From Octopus sinensis (taxonomy: Eukaryota), in assembly GCF_006345805.1 (NCBI RefSeq), contig NC_043001.1:77562001-77626000 (forward strand): a stretch of 64,000 bases of DNA, in the 5' to 3' direction. Each line of letters begins with the position of its first letter. The first letter of the stretch is position 1. Shown here in pieces: positions 11,574-25,119 of this stretch. The position numbers and the translations under genes were made by a program. The notes under the pieces were generated by a model. That model saw only the letters and a list, made by a program, of their open reading frames with translations. It had not been told where the DNA came from and searched no databases.

Positions 11574-12753
11574 ATGTATATTTAATGCATATATGTATAT
11601 ACAAATATATTCACACTTTTCATATACGCACATACAATTACATATTTTAAGACTGCTTAAAGAGACGCAAGAACTATTGATCGTTGGTAGATCAAAGTGA
11701 ATGTTTCCAATTAAATTAAAGAATTAAGTAGATCGGTTAGTAACGTAAGTAATCGATTATTGAGATTAAAAGAAATTAAATATTTAATTTGGTTGCAGTG
11801 AAATCAAATATGAAATATACGAAATAGAATTTTACAATGCTTGAATTTTACTGGTGTTCAATGTAGAATTGTACTATACACATACACGCAAACACACACG
11901 CACACACACACACATACACGTACACACACACGCACACACACACATACACACACACACATATATATATATGGATTTCTTTGCATATAAATATATACACACT
12001 ATATATGTATGTGTGTGTATGCGATTGAATGTACATAGGCTTTACATATATATTTGGTTTTATATACATACATACATATATACATACATACATATACACA
12101 TATACACGCACATACACACTCACACACACATATAAGAGGACAATCATAAACATATATCACAGCGACATTAGGAAAGTACTACCGCAAAACATTTACCCGT
12201 ACATACAAGCGTACACTTCGAATTACAATCATCCAGACACAAACACATGCACGCTCACACACACACACAAACGCACACATACATGTACACATACACACAG
12301 ACGCACGTACTCGCACACACGCACATACAGGCACACACAAACAAGCACACACTCACACGTACATACACACACACTGGCAAAAAACTATCACACATACACG
12401 CATAAACTTACACACAAAGGGATAGAGAGACAGATCCAAACTATTCTGTTAGAGCACACTTATACAACCTTTTACGATTTCACGTGGTCTGTTCCTTCCT
12501 GTTATATGCTGTATTCTTGGCTAGAGTACTTCTTTACTTTGGGCCTTACAAACCTTCAGTAATTATCTAGGTTATAATCTTTCTTTTCATGGTATTCCTC
12601 CCCTTCTTCCTCGTCCTCGTCCTCGTCCTCGTCATCCTCCTCCGCCGCCTCGTCCCCCACTCTTTTGATTGTAATGATAACCATCATGCTGTTAGTCATC
12701 ATTTTATTTTTTACTTCATTACCACATCATCATCATCATTATTAGAAGTAGTA

Positions 12754-13258
12754 TTGAGCGAGGAGCCAATGCCATCGGAATGACACTGGGGTCGTAATAT
12801 ACGAATCCCATTATATCCGTCTGATAAGGGTATACCGAGCACATGCATCACTAACATATGTGCGCGACATAGTGATCTCATATCAAGTTTAACAGTGCAT
12901 GATATTCCAGGTGGGGACCAGTTAGAATTTTTTTCATGTTGAGCAGCCTATTCTGCTCAAAAGGTCCCTGAATATGAGTTGTTTAAGAATGTTGAACAAG
13001 ACACCCATGTTTCCGAAGATGAATTATCCAAACCCCAAAGAATTCCTCTCAACACACGGCTATGATATTCCCCCAAAACTCCTGCTCGTGATCAAGAATG
13101 CATATATCGCCATCCTCTAAGACACATGTTCAACTGGTTAAGGTTAAGCAACTGATAAGAAAAATCTGTGGTATTGAGCAGAATATTTGCTGTAGTCCAT
13201 CTTTTATACTAAAAAAAGATATGCACATGATAACACTTAGCCATCAGAGCCAGTACCT
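12754..13258 (-). mobile_element. Family D element, copy 2
   Basis: Reverse-complement homology to 1961-2456; (ATT)n flanks. Confidence 0.75.
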
Positions 13259-13280
13259 CGTATTATTATTATTATTATTG

Positions 13281-13345
<65 letters not shown>

Positions 13346-13372
13346 GTTGTTGTTATTACTATTATTATTATT

Positions 13373-13797
13373 GAGGGAGAAAGCAGCACACGCTAACAAA
13401 GTTACACTGGGATACAAATTTACGAAGCCCAATAGACACATCATTACTACCCGCCTGCTAAGTGTAAAATAGACACATGCATCACAAGCATATGTGCACG
13501 ACATGGTGATGTCCTTTCATGGCAAACAATACATCACTTTGCAGGCGAAGGTCAATTAGAATTTTAGTCAGGCTAAGTTACCAGTCACGCTGAAAAGGTC
13601 AATGAATAAGGGTTGTTTGCGGATGATGAAAGGCAACACTCATATTTTCAGGTGTCAAGTATTCGAACCCAAAGAATCCCTCTGAATACATAGTCATGAT
13701 GCTCCACCATTACTCCTGCTTGTGATTAGAGAATCATATACCGTCAGCCACTAATGGACATGTTCAGCTGGTAGTGATCAAGCTGCTGACAAGTAAA
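13373..13797 (-). mobile_element. Family D element, copy 3 (5'-truncated, diverged)
   Basis: Keeps the 3' end next to (ATT)n at 13259-13372; lacks the 5' ~130 bp. Confidence 0.7.
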
Positions 13798-13799
13798 TT

Positions 13800-13997
13800 T
13801 GCCAGAAGCATTAATATGCCGGACAAAATACTTATCAGTATTTCGTCCATCATCACGCTGTGAGTTCAAATTCCGAGGTCAACTTTGCCTTTCATCCTGT
13901 CAGGGTTGATAAAATAAGTACTAGTTGAGTACGGGAGTCGATGTAATTGACTATCCCCTACCACCAAATTCCAAGCCTTGTACCTGGAGCAGAAAGG

Positions 13998-13998
<1 letters not shown>
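13800..13998 (+). mobile_element. SINE A variant
   Basis: GCAGAAGCATTAATATGCCGGACAAAATACTTATCAGTATTTCGTCC...TGAGTTCAAATTCC...GTCGATGTAATTGAC. Confidence 0.7.
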
Positions 13999-14029
<31 letters not shown>

Positions 14030-14055
14030 GATTATTATTATTATGATTATTATTT

Positions 14056-15145
14056 ACTTTTAATCTAGATGTTTGCTCCAATCCCTTGCCAAAACACACC
14101 CAGCGTCCTGGGGCGAGTGAAGGATAAGAGATGTTACAGTATGACCGAGAGCTTGTGGAGGGGGTGTGGCAGCGGCAGTAGTGAAATATCTTCATGTAAT
14201 ACAACATTGACATTTAAATGAATAGGATTTTTCTAAGGATACGAGCAGTACTTCTCAGCACAAGCTTTTGGATTTCTCTGAGATATAGTTCTCCTGGGAT
14301 CTTATCTGGATGTTTCTGACATCCTTTTTTGTCATACCACAATAACAAGAATAGTTCTCGCTTTTTCTTTTGTATTTCACTTTCCAGGTTTTATATTTAC
14401 TTAATTTGTTAAATTCCTTTACAGGCACACTTACATCTATTAGTCTACAAGTATTTTCTTCGTTGTCATTAATAATTATGTCTGGTCAATTAGCCTAGCT
14501 CTTTATGTCAGTGTTGACTGGAAAATCCTAGAGAATAGTGACATTTGTAGCTTCAATGTCTGGCTCAGGATGTTCATACCATTAAGGAAGAGTGCTGATT
14601 TTGTAGTGTTCATATACCTACCAATGAAAATACTGTCCTACACTATCGTGGCAATTCTTGTATTTGTTTGGTGTAAACACAGGACATCCCGGGACGAGAT
14701 GATGAATTGTTTCGTCAAATGTGTCGCAGGATCTCCATTTAGTGTCAGAACCGTTTTGAAGAACGTTAGCTTGGTAGATTTTTGTAAGAAAAGTTTGATC
14801 CTGCGGCGCCAATATAAAAACTATAGTCTCTGCTTTCAGTCCTGAACATCTCAGCCAGTGATGGATTGTTGCTTGGTCTACATCAACATTTCGACATCGT
14901 AGCATATACTGTCCATCCAGTGGCTTCTGGCTCCACCTCTCCTCAATTTGTTTCTGCTCATTCCTTTTTAGAGTCTTCTTGATCCGATTTGGTTGTTTTG
15001 TGGCAGTGGTCTCAGGTTCTTCATCTACTTTAGGGTTAATGCCAAGCTCCCTTGACAATAGAATATGATGTTTTGCTGCCTTCATGCTTGCACACAAGCC
15101 GCAATATCCAATTCTTTGTACTAGATAACTACTTGCTCATTGCTC

Positions 15146-15147
<2 letters not shown>
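14056..15147 (-). mobile_element. 5'-truncated R4/Dong-like LINE (CCHC + REL endonuclease + 3' UTR)
   Basis: ORF 14618-15097 W..KPLDGQY...WLRCSGLKAETI.FILAPQDQ...ETIHHLVPGCPV; downstream STARILRKILFI*; (ATT)n at both ends. Confidence 0.85.
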
Positions 15148-15213
<66 letters not shown>

Positions 15214-15226
15214 TATTATTATCATT

Positions 15227-15780
15227 GAGTGAGAGAGCAGTTCATGCCATCAAAGTGACACTGGGGTAAAATATACGAAGCCCAATATACCCATCATGAC
15301 TACCCGTCTGATAAAGGTAAACCAGGCACATGCATCACAACCATATGTGCGCGACATGGTGATCTCATATCAAGATAAACAGCACACGACCTTGCAGGTG
15401 GGGCCCAGTTAGAATTTTCTTCAGGTTGAGTAGCCCATCCCGCTCAAACGGTCCCTGAATAAGGGTTGTTTAAGGATGTTGAAAGAACCACCCATGTTTC
15501 CAGAGGTGAACTATTCAAACCCCAAAGAATCCCTCTCAACACATGGCTATGATGCTCCCCCACTACTTCTGCTCGTGATCAGAGATGCACATATCGTCAG
15601 CCACTAAGGGACATGCTCAACTGGTTACGGTCAAACAACTGACAAGCAAATCTGTGGTATTGAGCAGAATATTTGCTGTAGCCCATCTTTTATACCAAGA
15701 CAAAACAATGTACATGATAACACTTCCAATCAGTTAAGATCAGAAGCCATGAGAGCCACTGCCTGGTACTGCATCAGGGC

Positions 15781-15781
<1 letters not shown>
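15227..15781 (-). mobile_element. Family D element, copy 4 (best preserved, full length)
   Basis: 555 bp between (ATT)n arrays; sense start GCCCTGATGCAGTACCAGG, sense end CTCTCTCACTC(AAT)n. Confidence 0.85.
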
Positions 15782-15811
<30 letters not shown>

Positions 15812-15897
15812 GTTATTATTGTTTTTGTTATTATTATTATTATTGTTATTATTGTTATTGTTATTATTATTATTATTATTATTATTGTTATTGTTAT

Positions 15898-15960
<63 letters not shown>

Positions 15961-15971
15961 TATTATTATTA

Positions 15972-16455
15972 AATTTGTCGAACAGCTCTTGAATTTTGTA
16001 GGAAAGATCCGGTCATCAGCAGAGTCCGTCTTGTAGATTATCCCGCTGCCTTCTTTTGGCCGAGAAGAGAAGACTGGGGGATATAGCGAAAGAGGTAGTG
16101 TGGTGGACGAAGTTGAAAGAACTGAAGACAGATAATTACTTTTTCGACCAAACCCTCATCCTATTTTTTTTATCATACCTAGGGACCCACAATAACAGGA
16201 TGCCACATCAAGATGCCACATCAAGATGCCACATCAAGATGCCACATCAAGATGCCACATCTTTTGTATTTCAATTTCCAGATCCTTAAATTTATTTAAT
16301 TTGTCAAATTCCTTTACAGATATATATTTTATCAGTGGGAAAATTTATATCTGTTAGTGTACAAGTATTTTCATCCCTATCTTTAATAACTATATCTGGT
16401 TCATTAACCTGTACCATTCTGTCAGTGTTGTCTGGAAAATCCCAGAAGATATGGG
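15972..16455 (-). mobile_element. R4/Dong-like REL endonuclease 3' fragment
   Basis: IFWDFPDNTDRMVQVNEPDIVIKDRDENTC...DLEIEIQKMWH; 3' end abuts (ATT)n at 15782-15971. Confidence 0.7.
16199..16261. repeat. 13-bp tandem repeat (GATGCCACATCAA x ~4.8)
   Basis: Perfect local expansion of the KMWH codons inside the REL fragment. Confidence 0.9.
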
Positions 16456-16814
16456 ATCAGGGATCAAACCGGGAGAATCGTTAGTGCGTCGGACAAAATG
16501 CTTTACTCCTGCTCTTAAATTATGAGATCTTTCCAGCCGAGTTCAGCTTCGCTTTTCATTCCTTCCGGATTAACATTGCAGTGTAATTCATATGTCCCTT
16601 TCCCTCAAAAATTGCTGAAATTAATTCTTGCAACCGTACAGTTTCTCCTCCAGGGAGAATGTTATGCTCTCAGTGACTTATACGGCATAAAACCGAATTA
16701 CCGGTCTTATGAGCCCGAGGATTCAGTGAATATATAAAATAAATTAATAAAATAAGTAAAACTCAGAATATGATGACGAGTGAAATGTCCAACGTGTTAA
16801 CGATTCTGCTACTT

Positions 16815-17432
16815 AAGAAAACTAAAACAAATAGTCACAAAACACGAACATAACAAAAAACCTGTTTTCTGTCTTTAAGGAAGCTCAAAAAAAGAAGTCA
16901 TAGTACCTAACAACTATGGCTCCTGATCTTAACTGATTGGAAGTGTTATCATGTACATTGTTTTGTCTTGGTATAAAAGACGGGCTACAGCAAATATTCT
17001 GCACAATACCACAGATTTGCTTGTCACTTGTTTGACCGTAACCAGTTGAGCATGTCCCTTAGTGGGTGATGATATGTGCATCTCTGACAATGAGCAGAAG
17101 TAGTGGGGGAGCATCATAGCCGTGTATTGAAAGGAATTCTTTGGGGTTTGGATAATTTACCTTTGGAAACTTGGGTGGTTCGTTCAACATCCTTAAAAAA
17201 TCCTTATTCATGGAGCTTTTTAGCGGGATGGGCTACTCGACCAGAAGAAAATTCTAATTGGGCCCCTCCTGCAAGGTCATGCGCTGTTTATTTTGATATG
17301 AAGTGAGTGATGTCGCGCACATATGGTTGTGATGCATGTGTCTGGTGTACCCTTATCAGACGTGTAGTCATGATGGTATACTGGGCTTCGTATATTTTAC
17401 CCCAGTGTCACTTTGATGACATTCACTCACTC
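16815..17432 (+). mobile_element. Chimera: ~100-bp Dong-like coding fragment fused to family D copy 5
   Basis: 16815-16913 matches 29140-29245 (CTGTTTTC.GTCTTTAA.GAAGC...AAGAAGTCATAGTACCTAACAA); family D runs from 16915 to a (AAT)n tail. Confidence 0.7.
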
Positions 17433-17447
17433 AATAATAATAATATT

Positions 17448-17665
17448 GATAATCCTTCTACTAAATCACAAGGCCACAGATTTGTGAGGAGGAGACCAGT
17501 CGATTACATCAACCCTAGTGTTTCATTGGCGCTTAATTTATCGACCCCGAAAGGATGAAAGGCAAAGTTGACATCAGCGAAATTTGAACTCAGAACATAG
17601 CGAGCAGCTATATACCGCTAAGCATTTCGTCCTGCGTACTAGCGATTCTACTAGCTCGCTGTCTT
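17448..17665 (-). mobile_element. SINE A
   Basis: TTTATCGACCCCGAAAGGATGAAAGGCAAAGTTGAC...GAACTCAGAAC...CTAAGCATTTCG. Confidence 0.75.
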
Positions 17666-17949
17666 TGTAATAAATCATAACTCCCCTACATTTGAGAAAT
17701 TGCTCCTATGTGCGGTTTGTTTCATCAGATACTTTCTAATATTCCTACAATATATGTGGCCTAAGATGTTTTTTTCTTTTATATCCTTATTAGTCACCAC
17801 TTTTAGAGACAAATTTAAAATTGTATGGTAGACGTTTCTTAAAGTTACCAATACCAGGTGTATTGGTAACTGAAGAGATGAAAACTGGCTTTTTTGTCAG
17901 TAATTAGACTGGTACCGTGCTACATTACCGCCTTTAAAAGCATTCTTCA

Positions 17950-18250
17950 AACAAACCTGGTAGTTTGTGCTTTTAGCCCCCGTACTTATACTATCTGTCT
18001 CTTATGCTGAACCGTTATGTTGCGGGGATTTAAACAAACCAACGTCAGTTGACAAACGGTGAGCGGGGAACAAACACAGGCACACAAATATATATACATT
18101 AGCCTTTTACAGAGTTTCCGTTTACGAATTCGTGCACAATACATTGTTTCGCAGGTAACTTAGAAGACACTTGACCAAGATACTGCGCAATGGGACTGGA
18201 CCTGAAACAATGTGATTGCAAAGCTAACTTCTGAATCACACAACCATAAT
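17950..18250 (-). mobile_element. Degenerate SINE B-related copy
   Basis: CAGAGTTTCCGTTTACGAATTC...AGAAGACACTTGACCAAG...GGGACTGGACC. Confidence 0.6.
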
Positions 18251-18564
18251 GAAGAGTCTAAGCTGTAATCAGTTAATTGAGCACACTAATATCAGTCAAT
18301 TTAACGATTCTATAAGCTTTAATCGATTTAGGGAGAATAAAAAACAAAACTGACTTCGGTTGGATTTGAACTTTGAACGCGGAGAAATGCAACTAAATAC
18401 CGCATCTTGATTTTCTGGTGGCCATGGTGATTCTTATCGATTATTCATAAAACAAAAACTCAATATTATGAAATATATGAAGTGTTACTCATCGTATGGT
18501 GAGTAATGTCTGCTATAAATTTTCCCACTATGGATATTATCAGATCATGTGACACAGCCACAAT

Positions 18565-19210
18565 AATCTTTTCTAATTTTGGTACAATATCAACAACTTT
18601 AAGGGTGGGGGAAATCAATTAAAACGACCCCAGTCTTCTACTGCTACTTATTTTATCAACCCTGTAGGGATGAAGGAAAAAATCGACCTCGGTGGTATTT
18701 GAACTTAAGGACCTTAAAAATATGTCGATAAGCATTTTATCCAACGTGCTTAGGACTACCAACTCGTCGCTTTTAACACAGCTATAATAATATTGGTTTC
18801 AAATTTTGGCACAAGGCCAGAAATTTTAGCAGCTGGAGTAAGTCGATTACATTGACCCCAATGTTCAAAGTTACCTATTTTATCGACCCCGAAATAATGA
18901 AACGCAAAATCGACCTTGGCGGAATTTGAATACAGAGGGCAAGGACGGACGAAATTCTGCTAAGTATTTTGACCGGTGTGCTAACGATTCGCGCAGCTCG
19001 CCACAGCAAAGGAAAATCTAATATTGTTTTAGCTGTGATAAAGGCGTCAACCTGGCAGAATTATTAGCACGTCGGGCAAAATGTTTAACGGCATATCGTC
19101 CATCCTTATGGTCTGAGTTCAAATTTCACTGAGGTCGAATTTACCCTTCAGCTTTTAGGGATCGATAAAATAAGTACCAGTTGAGCACCCGAAATTGTTG
19201 GCTTTGTGCT
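18565..19210. mobile_element. Cluster of three SINE A copies (-, -, +)
   Basis: SINE A body at 18565-18780 (-), 18790-19005 (-) and 19045-19210 (+). Confidence 0.7.
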
Positions 19211-19289
19211 AAAGAAAAAAAGGTAAAGGTAACATCTAGAGGCCTACAACTCGCAGGGTCGACTGCCGAGTCGAATAGGCACTCAGTCG

Positions 19290-19863
19290 ATTACAACAAC
19301 AAGAGTTCCAGTTGATTCGATCAACGGAACAACTTGCTCGTCAAATTAACGTACAAGTGGTGGAGAACTCAACAGATAGGCATACCGATAATGTAGTTCT
19401 CAGAGAGATTCAGCGTGACGCTGGATTTGACAAGGCTGACCCTTTGAACCTCTCATTTTTGCTAGCCGAATGGACTGGAGTAACGCGAAATAAAATGTCT
19501 TGCTCGAGGAGGGTACGAGCTGCCGGGAGTGGAACAGACGTTTCTCACTATTTTTGCTGAAAGGTCGGTGCATGTGGCGAGGATGACCCTTGTGAAGGAG
19601 CCTAATCTGAACATACGCTTGTAAGGAGGAGGGGTTAAAGAGGAGTGAAGTACCAGCCAGAGTTGTCTTTGGTCGTCGGATTAACCAGGATATATGGGAT
19701 TCCTTGATTGGCCCTGCGATCTCAACACTCTGACTGAACGGGTCATCAATCCGTTGCTGGGCAACCTTTTTTACAGCTGAATGAATTGATGGAACGTGAA
19801 ACGAAGTGTTTTGCTCGAGAGCACACGTACTGCCTGTCTCAAGAATCGAACCCACAATTTCCC

Positions 19864-19865
<2 letters not shown>
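19290..19865 (-). mobile_element. Two degenerate CORE-like SINE pieces
   Basis: Minus strand CTCGAGCAAGACATTTTATTTCGCGTTACTCCAGTCCATTC...CAAAGGGTCAGCCTTGTC...CACGCTGAATCTC...GTTCCGTTGATCG, plus a second head GGGTTCGATTC at ~19850. Confidence 0.55.
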
Positions 19866-19904
<39 letters not shown>

Positions 19905-20390
19905 GAGAGCAATACCCCAATCACTGGGCCACACAACTTCACATAAGATCATACGGTTTATATACAAGATAATAAAATCAATAAAAAAGTTCGGAATAAA
20001 AATATTTATTAATTTAAAATAAAATTAAATAAAAAAAAAGTTATCATTTGTATATCTCCAATAAATATATATATATATATATTTTATCAATAACAATAAT
20101 TACCGGTTAACCCACAATTAATTAGCGATTTAACCTATTGATTTATTATTACTTATGAGGTAGAGTGATTAGCGCGGCCACGCAACCAACAATCAATATC
20201 ATTAGTATTGATGACGATAATTACTGATATTTAATCTACTCTGTCTTTCTCTCTTCATAACACACACATACAAGCACACACATACACACATTTAAATTCA
20301 CATTTATGTTTATAAATGTGTAAGTTAATGTCACTGTATATATATAATCTGTCTCTATATTTTTTTTATCACACACTCTCTCTACACATT

Positions 20391-20475
<85 letters not shown>

Positions 20476-20476
<1 letters not shown>

Positions 20477-20697
20477 CGCAGGAGTGGCTGTGTGGTAAGT
20501 AGGTTGCTTACCAATCACATAGTTCCGGGTTCAGTCCCAATTCGTGGCACCTTGGGCGAGTGTTTTCTACTATAGCCTCGGGCCGACCAAAGTGAGTGGA
20601 TTTGGTTGACGGAAAGTCAAAGAAGCCTCTCGTATATACGTATATATATATATATATATAATATATATATATATATAAGTCAAAGAAGCCTCTCGTA

Positions 20698-20700
<3 letters not shown>
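20476..20700 (+). mobile_element. SINE B head with a local direct duplication of its end
   Basis: GCGCAGGAGTGGCTGTGTGGTAAG...; AAGTCAAAGAAGCCTCTCGTATATA occurs twice, separated by (TA)n. Confidence 0.8.
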
Positions 20701-20740
<40 letters not shown>

Positions 20741-20748
20741 TATATATA

Positions 20749-20779
<31 letters not shown>

Positions 20780-22019
20780 CGTGCGTGTGTATGAGTGTGT
20801 GTTTATGAGTTTGTTTTTATCCACATATCAGCCTAGCAAATGCTAAAACACCAATGTGGTGGTGGAGCGGGTAGGAATAGGATCCATGAAAAGGTAGATA
20901 AGCCTGTGTAGGTCTATACTGTATATATATTATATATATAAAGCATACATACGCACACACAGTTAGATACAGACGCATACTCATATATATGCACACATAT
21001 TCACCTGTACCAATATAGAAATATACTTATATAGACACTTATACGCGTGCGACACACATATAAGGTTGATAAAATTTTGAAAAGTTATAAAAAATATTTC
21101 TTAATTATCAACATCATAATCATCATCATTTAAATTCCAGTTTTCCATGCTAACTTTTTATGGTCGGGTCCCTTTCTTGTTGCCAACCCGTATGTCTCAA
21201 GGCATCTGAGAACAAAAGAAGTAGTCTTTTACATAATTGCTCAGTGAGGTGTCTATAGAGAATAATATTTTCAAGCGTTCTTTCAGAATTTGCTGTGTTT
21301 TCGGTTTCTGGAATAGCTCTAGATATAAATTCATTTGTAGTTTGCGGATATAGTAATTTTAAAACGTTTGATTCGATCTAAAGTGGTGTCTAAAGGGGCA
21401 ATTGTGTAAACCTCACCGTAACTGAAACATTTGGTTATAGGCCAATTATATTTATACACATTTATATATTTTTTAATCCAATACCGTATCACATATAATA
21501 CAATCTGTATTTAGCATCTTCAATTTTTAGTTAAGAAATCCTATCGATATTACTTTTAGAGTAGTGTGTGATAGGCATTCTGAGCAGCTTCCAAATTCTT
21601 GCGTCCAATTCCGGTAGCACCGTAGTTCTCAAAAAAAAAAAAAACTATGCGGAGTATCTCAACACTGGCCCACCTATTGATTGGTATGAAGACATTATCT
21701 CCAGTCAATATTATTTTGAGCATCTTCCGTATCTTTGTTCTTCTAATCTTTCGAGACATTCTTTCTCATTTACCTTCCTATTTTCTTATCATGCTGCAAG
21801 CCTAACTACTCGGATATTTCTTTATCATTGGCTATAAAAGAAAGAACACGTATTCATATCGATTAATCTGAAGTAAATAGTCTAGTGAGCATCAAATCAA
21901 ATTTAAGATCATTGAATTGTTTTAGTTATTGGACTGTGACCAGAGTGGGGCAGAATAATGAAGGATGTAGTCGAACAGATCGTCTCCAATACTAATATTT
22001 TACAGTCTGGTATATATTC

Positions 22020-22415
22020 TTATTTCTTTATTGCTCACAAGGGGCTAAACATAGAGGGGACAGACAAGGACAGACAAAGGGATAAAGTCGATTACACCGA
22101 CCCCAGTGCGTAACTGGTACTTAATTTATCGACCCCGAAAGGATGAAAGGCAAAGTCGACCTCGGCGGAATTTGAACTCAGAACGTTGCGGCAGCCGAAA
22201 TACCTATTTCTTTACTACCCACAAAGGGCTAAACACAGAGAAGACAAACGGATTAAGTCGATTATATCGACCCCAGTGCGTAACTGGTACTTATTTATTC
22301 GACCCCGAAAGGATGAAAGGCAAAGTCAACCTCGGCGGAATTTGAACTCAGAACGTAGCAGCAGACGAAATACCACTAAGCATTTCGCCGGCGTGCTCAC
22401 GTTTCTGCCAGCTCG
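22020..22415 (-). mobile_element. Dimeric SINE A, well preserved
   Basis: Two tandem bodies with junction GTAAAGAAATAGGTATTTCGGCTGCCGC on the minus strand. Confidence 0.85.
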
Positions 22416-22803
22416 CCTCTGTCTGGTACTTATTCTGTCGGTCTCTATGCAGAAAACCCTAAGTTTCGGACAGTAAAGTAATCAACACCGGATGCCAAGC
22501 GGTGGAGTGACACACACAAAAACAGGTGTATACACACACACGCACACAAACACACATACACACATACACACACACACACACACACATACTAACTCACACA
22601 CACACACACACACGCACAAACACACACACACACACATGAAACATCACGGACGACCGTATGATGTCAACAGCACAACTAACACAGCTGTGCCAACGATGGC
22701 CATAAGAACAACAACTACCACGTTGGCAACATCGTGCACACATACACAGAGGAATACAGGAACTGTACCTTTCTTTTTTCTTAGGTCTTAGGACAGCAAC
22801 ACT

Positions 22804-22835
<32 letters not shown>

Positions 22836-22844
22836 TACACATAC

Positions 22845-22939
<95 letters not shown>

Positions 22940-23430
22940 TATGTGTGGGAGTGCGGGGGCGTGCATGTGCTTGAGACTAAAGAAAACTACGATAACTGAT
23001 ATAGAATGAGTATGTTGCGACACAATATAATGTTTGAAGAAAAATGCATACAAGAATTGCTCTTCTTAAGCTATAATATGAAGTATGATATATTATTGCT
23101 GAAATGCAGCTAAGTGTGACTAAGGTAGAGACCAATGATGCTAGCACAAGTTCTTCTGAAAATAGAAGGCAAAATATTGACCTGCACTCTTCGTGGAATA
23201 GACAGGACCGACACAGGATCGGAAGACAAAACGAAGACAAGACACAACTTTCGAAGTTGTATTTGTGAGACAAATGATTGGACCTGAGACCGTATTTATC
23301 TTTTACTTGTTTCAGTCATTAGTCTACGGCCATACTGGGGTATGACCTTCAAGAAATCTTGGCGAACGAATCGACCCTAGTACTTATTTTCTAAAGCCTG
23401 ATACTTATTCTATCGTTCTCTTTTACCGAA

Positions 23431-23527
23431 CTGCTAATTTACGGGGACGTAAACACACCAATGCCGGTTGTCAAGCGGTGGCGAAATACGAACACTGATA
23501 GAAAGACACACACAGGTATATACATAC

Positions 23528-23565
<38 letters not shown>

Positions 23566-23718
23566 TATATATATAATATATATATATATGTATGTGTTTG
23601 TGTGTGTGTGTGTGTCTTTCTATTAGTGTTCGTATTTCACCACCGCTTGACAACCAGCATTGGTGTGTTTACGTCCCCGTAATTAAGCAGATACTCACAG
23701 GTATATACATACGTATAT
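23431..23718. repeat. Fold-back (inverted) duplication of a SINE B tail around (TA)n
   Basis: Arms 23431-23513 and 23609-23690 differ by 3 transitions and a small rearrangement at the outer end; CACAGGTATATACATACGTATAT is repeated directly at 23511 and 23696. Confidence 0.85.
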
Positions 23719-24035
23719 TTACATGTTTCAGTTATTTGACTGTGACCATGCCGCAGCACCACATTTAGTCGAACAAATCGACCCCAGGACTTATTCTTTG
23801 TAAGCTTAGTACTTATTCTATCGGTGGTTTTGCCGACCCGCTAAATTACTGGGATGGAAACCCACCAACATCGGTTGTCAAACGATACTGGTAGGACAAG
23901 CACAACGGACTGCTTCTTTCAGTTTCCATCTACAAAATCCACTCAAGGCTTCGGTCAGCCCAAGGCAAAAGTAGAAGAGAGTTAGCCAAAGTACCACTCA
24001 GTGGAACTGAACACGGAACATACTTCTTACCACAC
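23715..24035 (-). mobile_element. SINE B
   Basis: TTTCAGTTATTTGACTGTGACCATG...GACCCCAGGACTTATTCTTTGTAAG...CTTCTTTCAGTTTCCATCTACAAAATCC. Confidence 0.75.
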
Positions 24036-24222
24036 AGCCTCGAAATAACTATCATAGCGTGGACGACTCGTGTTTGGTATTCGAAAGCTAAACAAAGCTT
24101 TGTAACTCCACTGTAAGATTTATTATTTGTTATTTGCTGCTAAAACTTTTCTTCGCACTAACTGCGATTTGATCACCCACAACGATACATTTCCTGTAAA
24201 GTATAGGCTTCGTTGTTTTATG

Positions 24223-24270
<48 letters not shown>

Positions 24271-24654
24271 TGTGTTGTTTGTGTGTGTGTGTGTGTGTGT
24301 TTGTGTGTGTATAAATTCAGTTGAACTGGCTATTTAAATTGAGGCACCTTGTTAGGACGAACTTATTTGCACACTCAAACAATATTAGGTGAGTATTAAA
24401 CTCTACATAAAAATTTTCCCCACCTGATATTCTTGCAGTGTATGCAGATAGCACGATCTAGCTTAGTGAATAAATCCGATCTTGTGTGTTCAGACATGTA
24501 TTGTATATAAAATACTTTCCAAATACTTCTGAAGTGCAGATTACAGGTTAGGTGCGTAAACAATGAGTAACAAAGATGTATAAGTGTCAATTCATTACGG
24601 TCAATTCGAACGACTCCTTTAATATATTTACATACATACATACCTATATATATA

Positions 24655-24775
24655 ATACTACAGGCTTCTTTCCGTTTCCGTCTCCCAAATCCACTCAAAG
24701 GCTTTGGTCGGCCCGAGTTATATAGTTGAAGACACTTACCCTAGTGCCACACAGTGTAGCTGAACCCGGAAGCCA
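24655..24775 (-). mobile_element. SINE B head fragment
   Basis: GGCTTCTTTCCGTTTCCGTCTCCCAAATCCACTCAAAGGCTTTGGTCGGCCCGAG...AAGACACTTACCC. Confidence 0.7.
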
Positions 24776-24813
24776 CGAATACCTATTAAATCATTCATAA
24801 ATTCCATCCTAGG

Positions 24814-24861
<48 letters not shown>

Positions 24862-24865
24862 TTTA

Positions 24866-24912
<47 letters not shown>

Positions 24913-25086
24913 CCATATTTATCCTACATTATACTGGCACAGCTCGGTGCGACCCCAAAAAACTAGTGTTGTTAGTTGGCATCAATAGGCTGTGCCTGGC
25001 ATAGTAGAACAGAAGCTTTTTCAGCATATTCAAAACCTTTCCCGTAAACGCACTTAAAGGATATATAAATGCATTTGTATGTACGC

Positions 25087-25119
<33 letters not shown>

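Noticed and set aside
16199-16261. 13-bp repeat as a regulatory array
   Set aside because: It is a slippage expansion of codons within a decayed REL endonuclease fragment
20100-20230. Cluster of TAAT/TGATTTAT homeodomain-like sites
   Set aside because: Such motifs are frequent in AT-rich DNA and no conservation data are available
23040-23270. Possible piggyBac-like N-terminal remnant
   Set aside because: Only vague peptide resemblance, with no TIR or TTAA site identified
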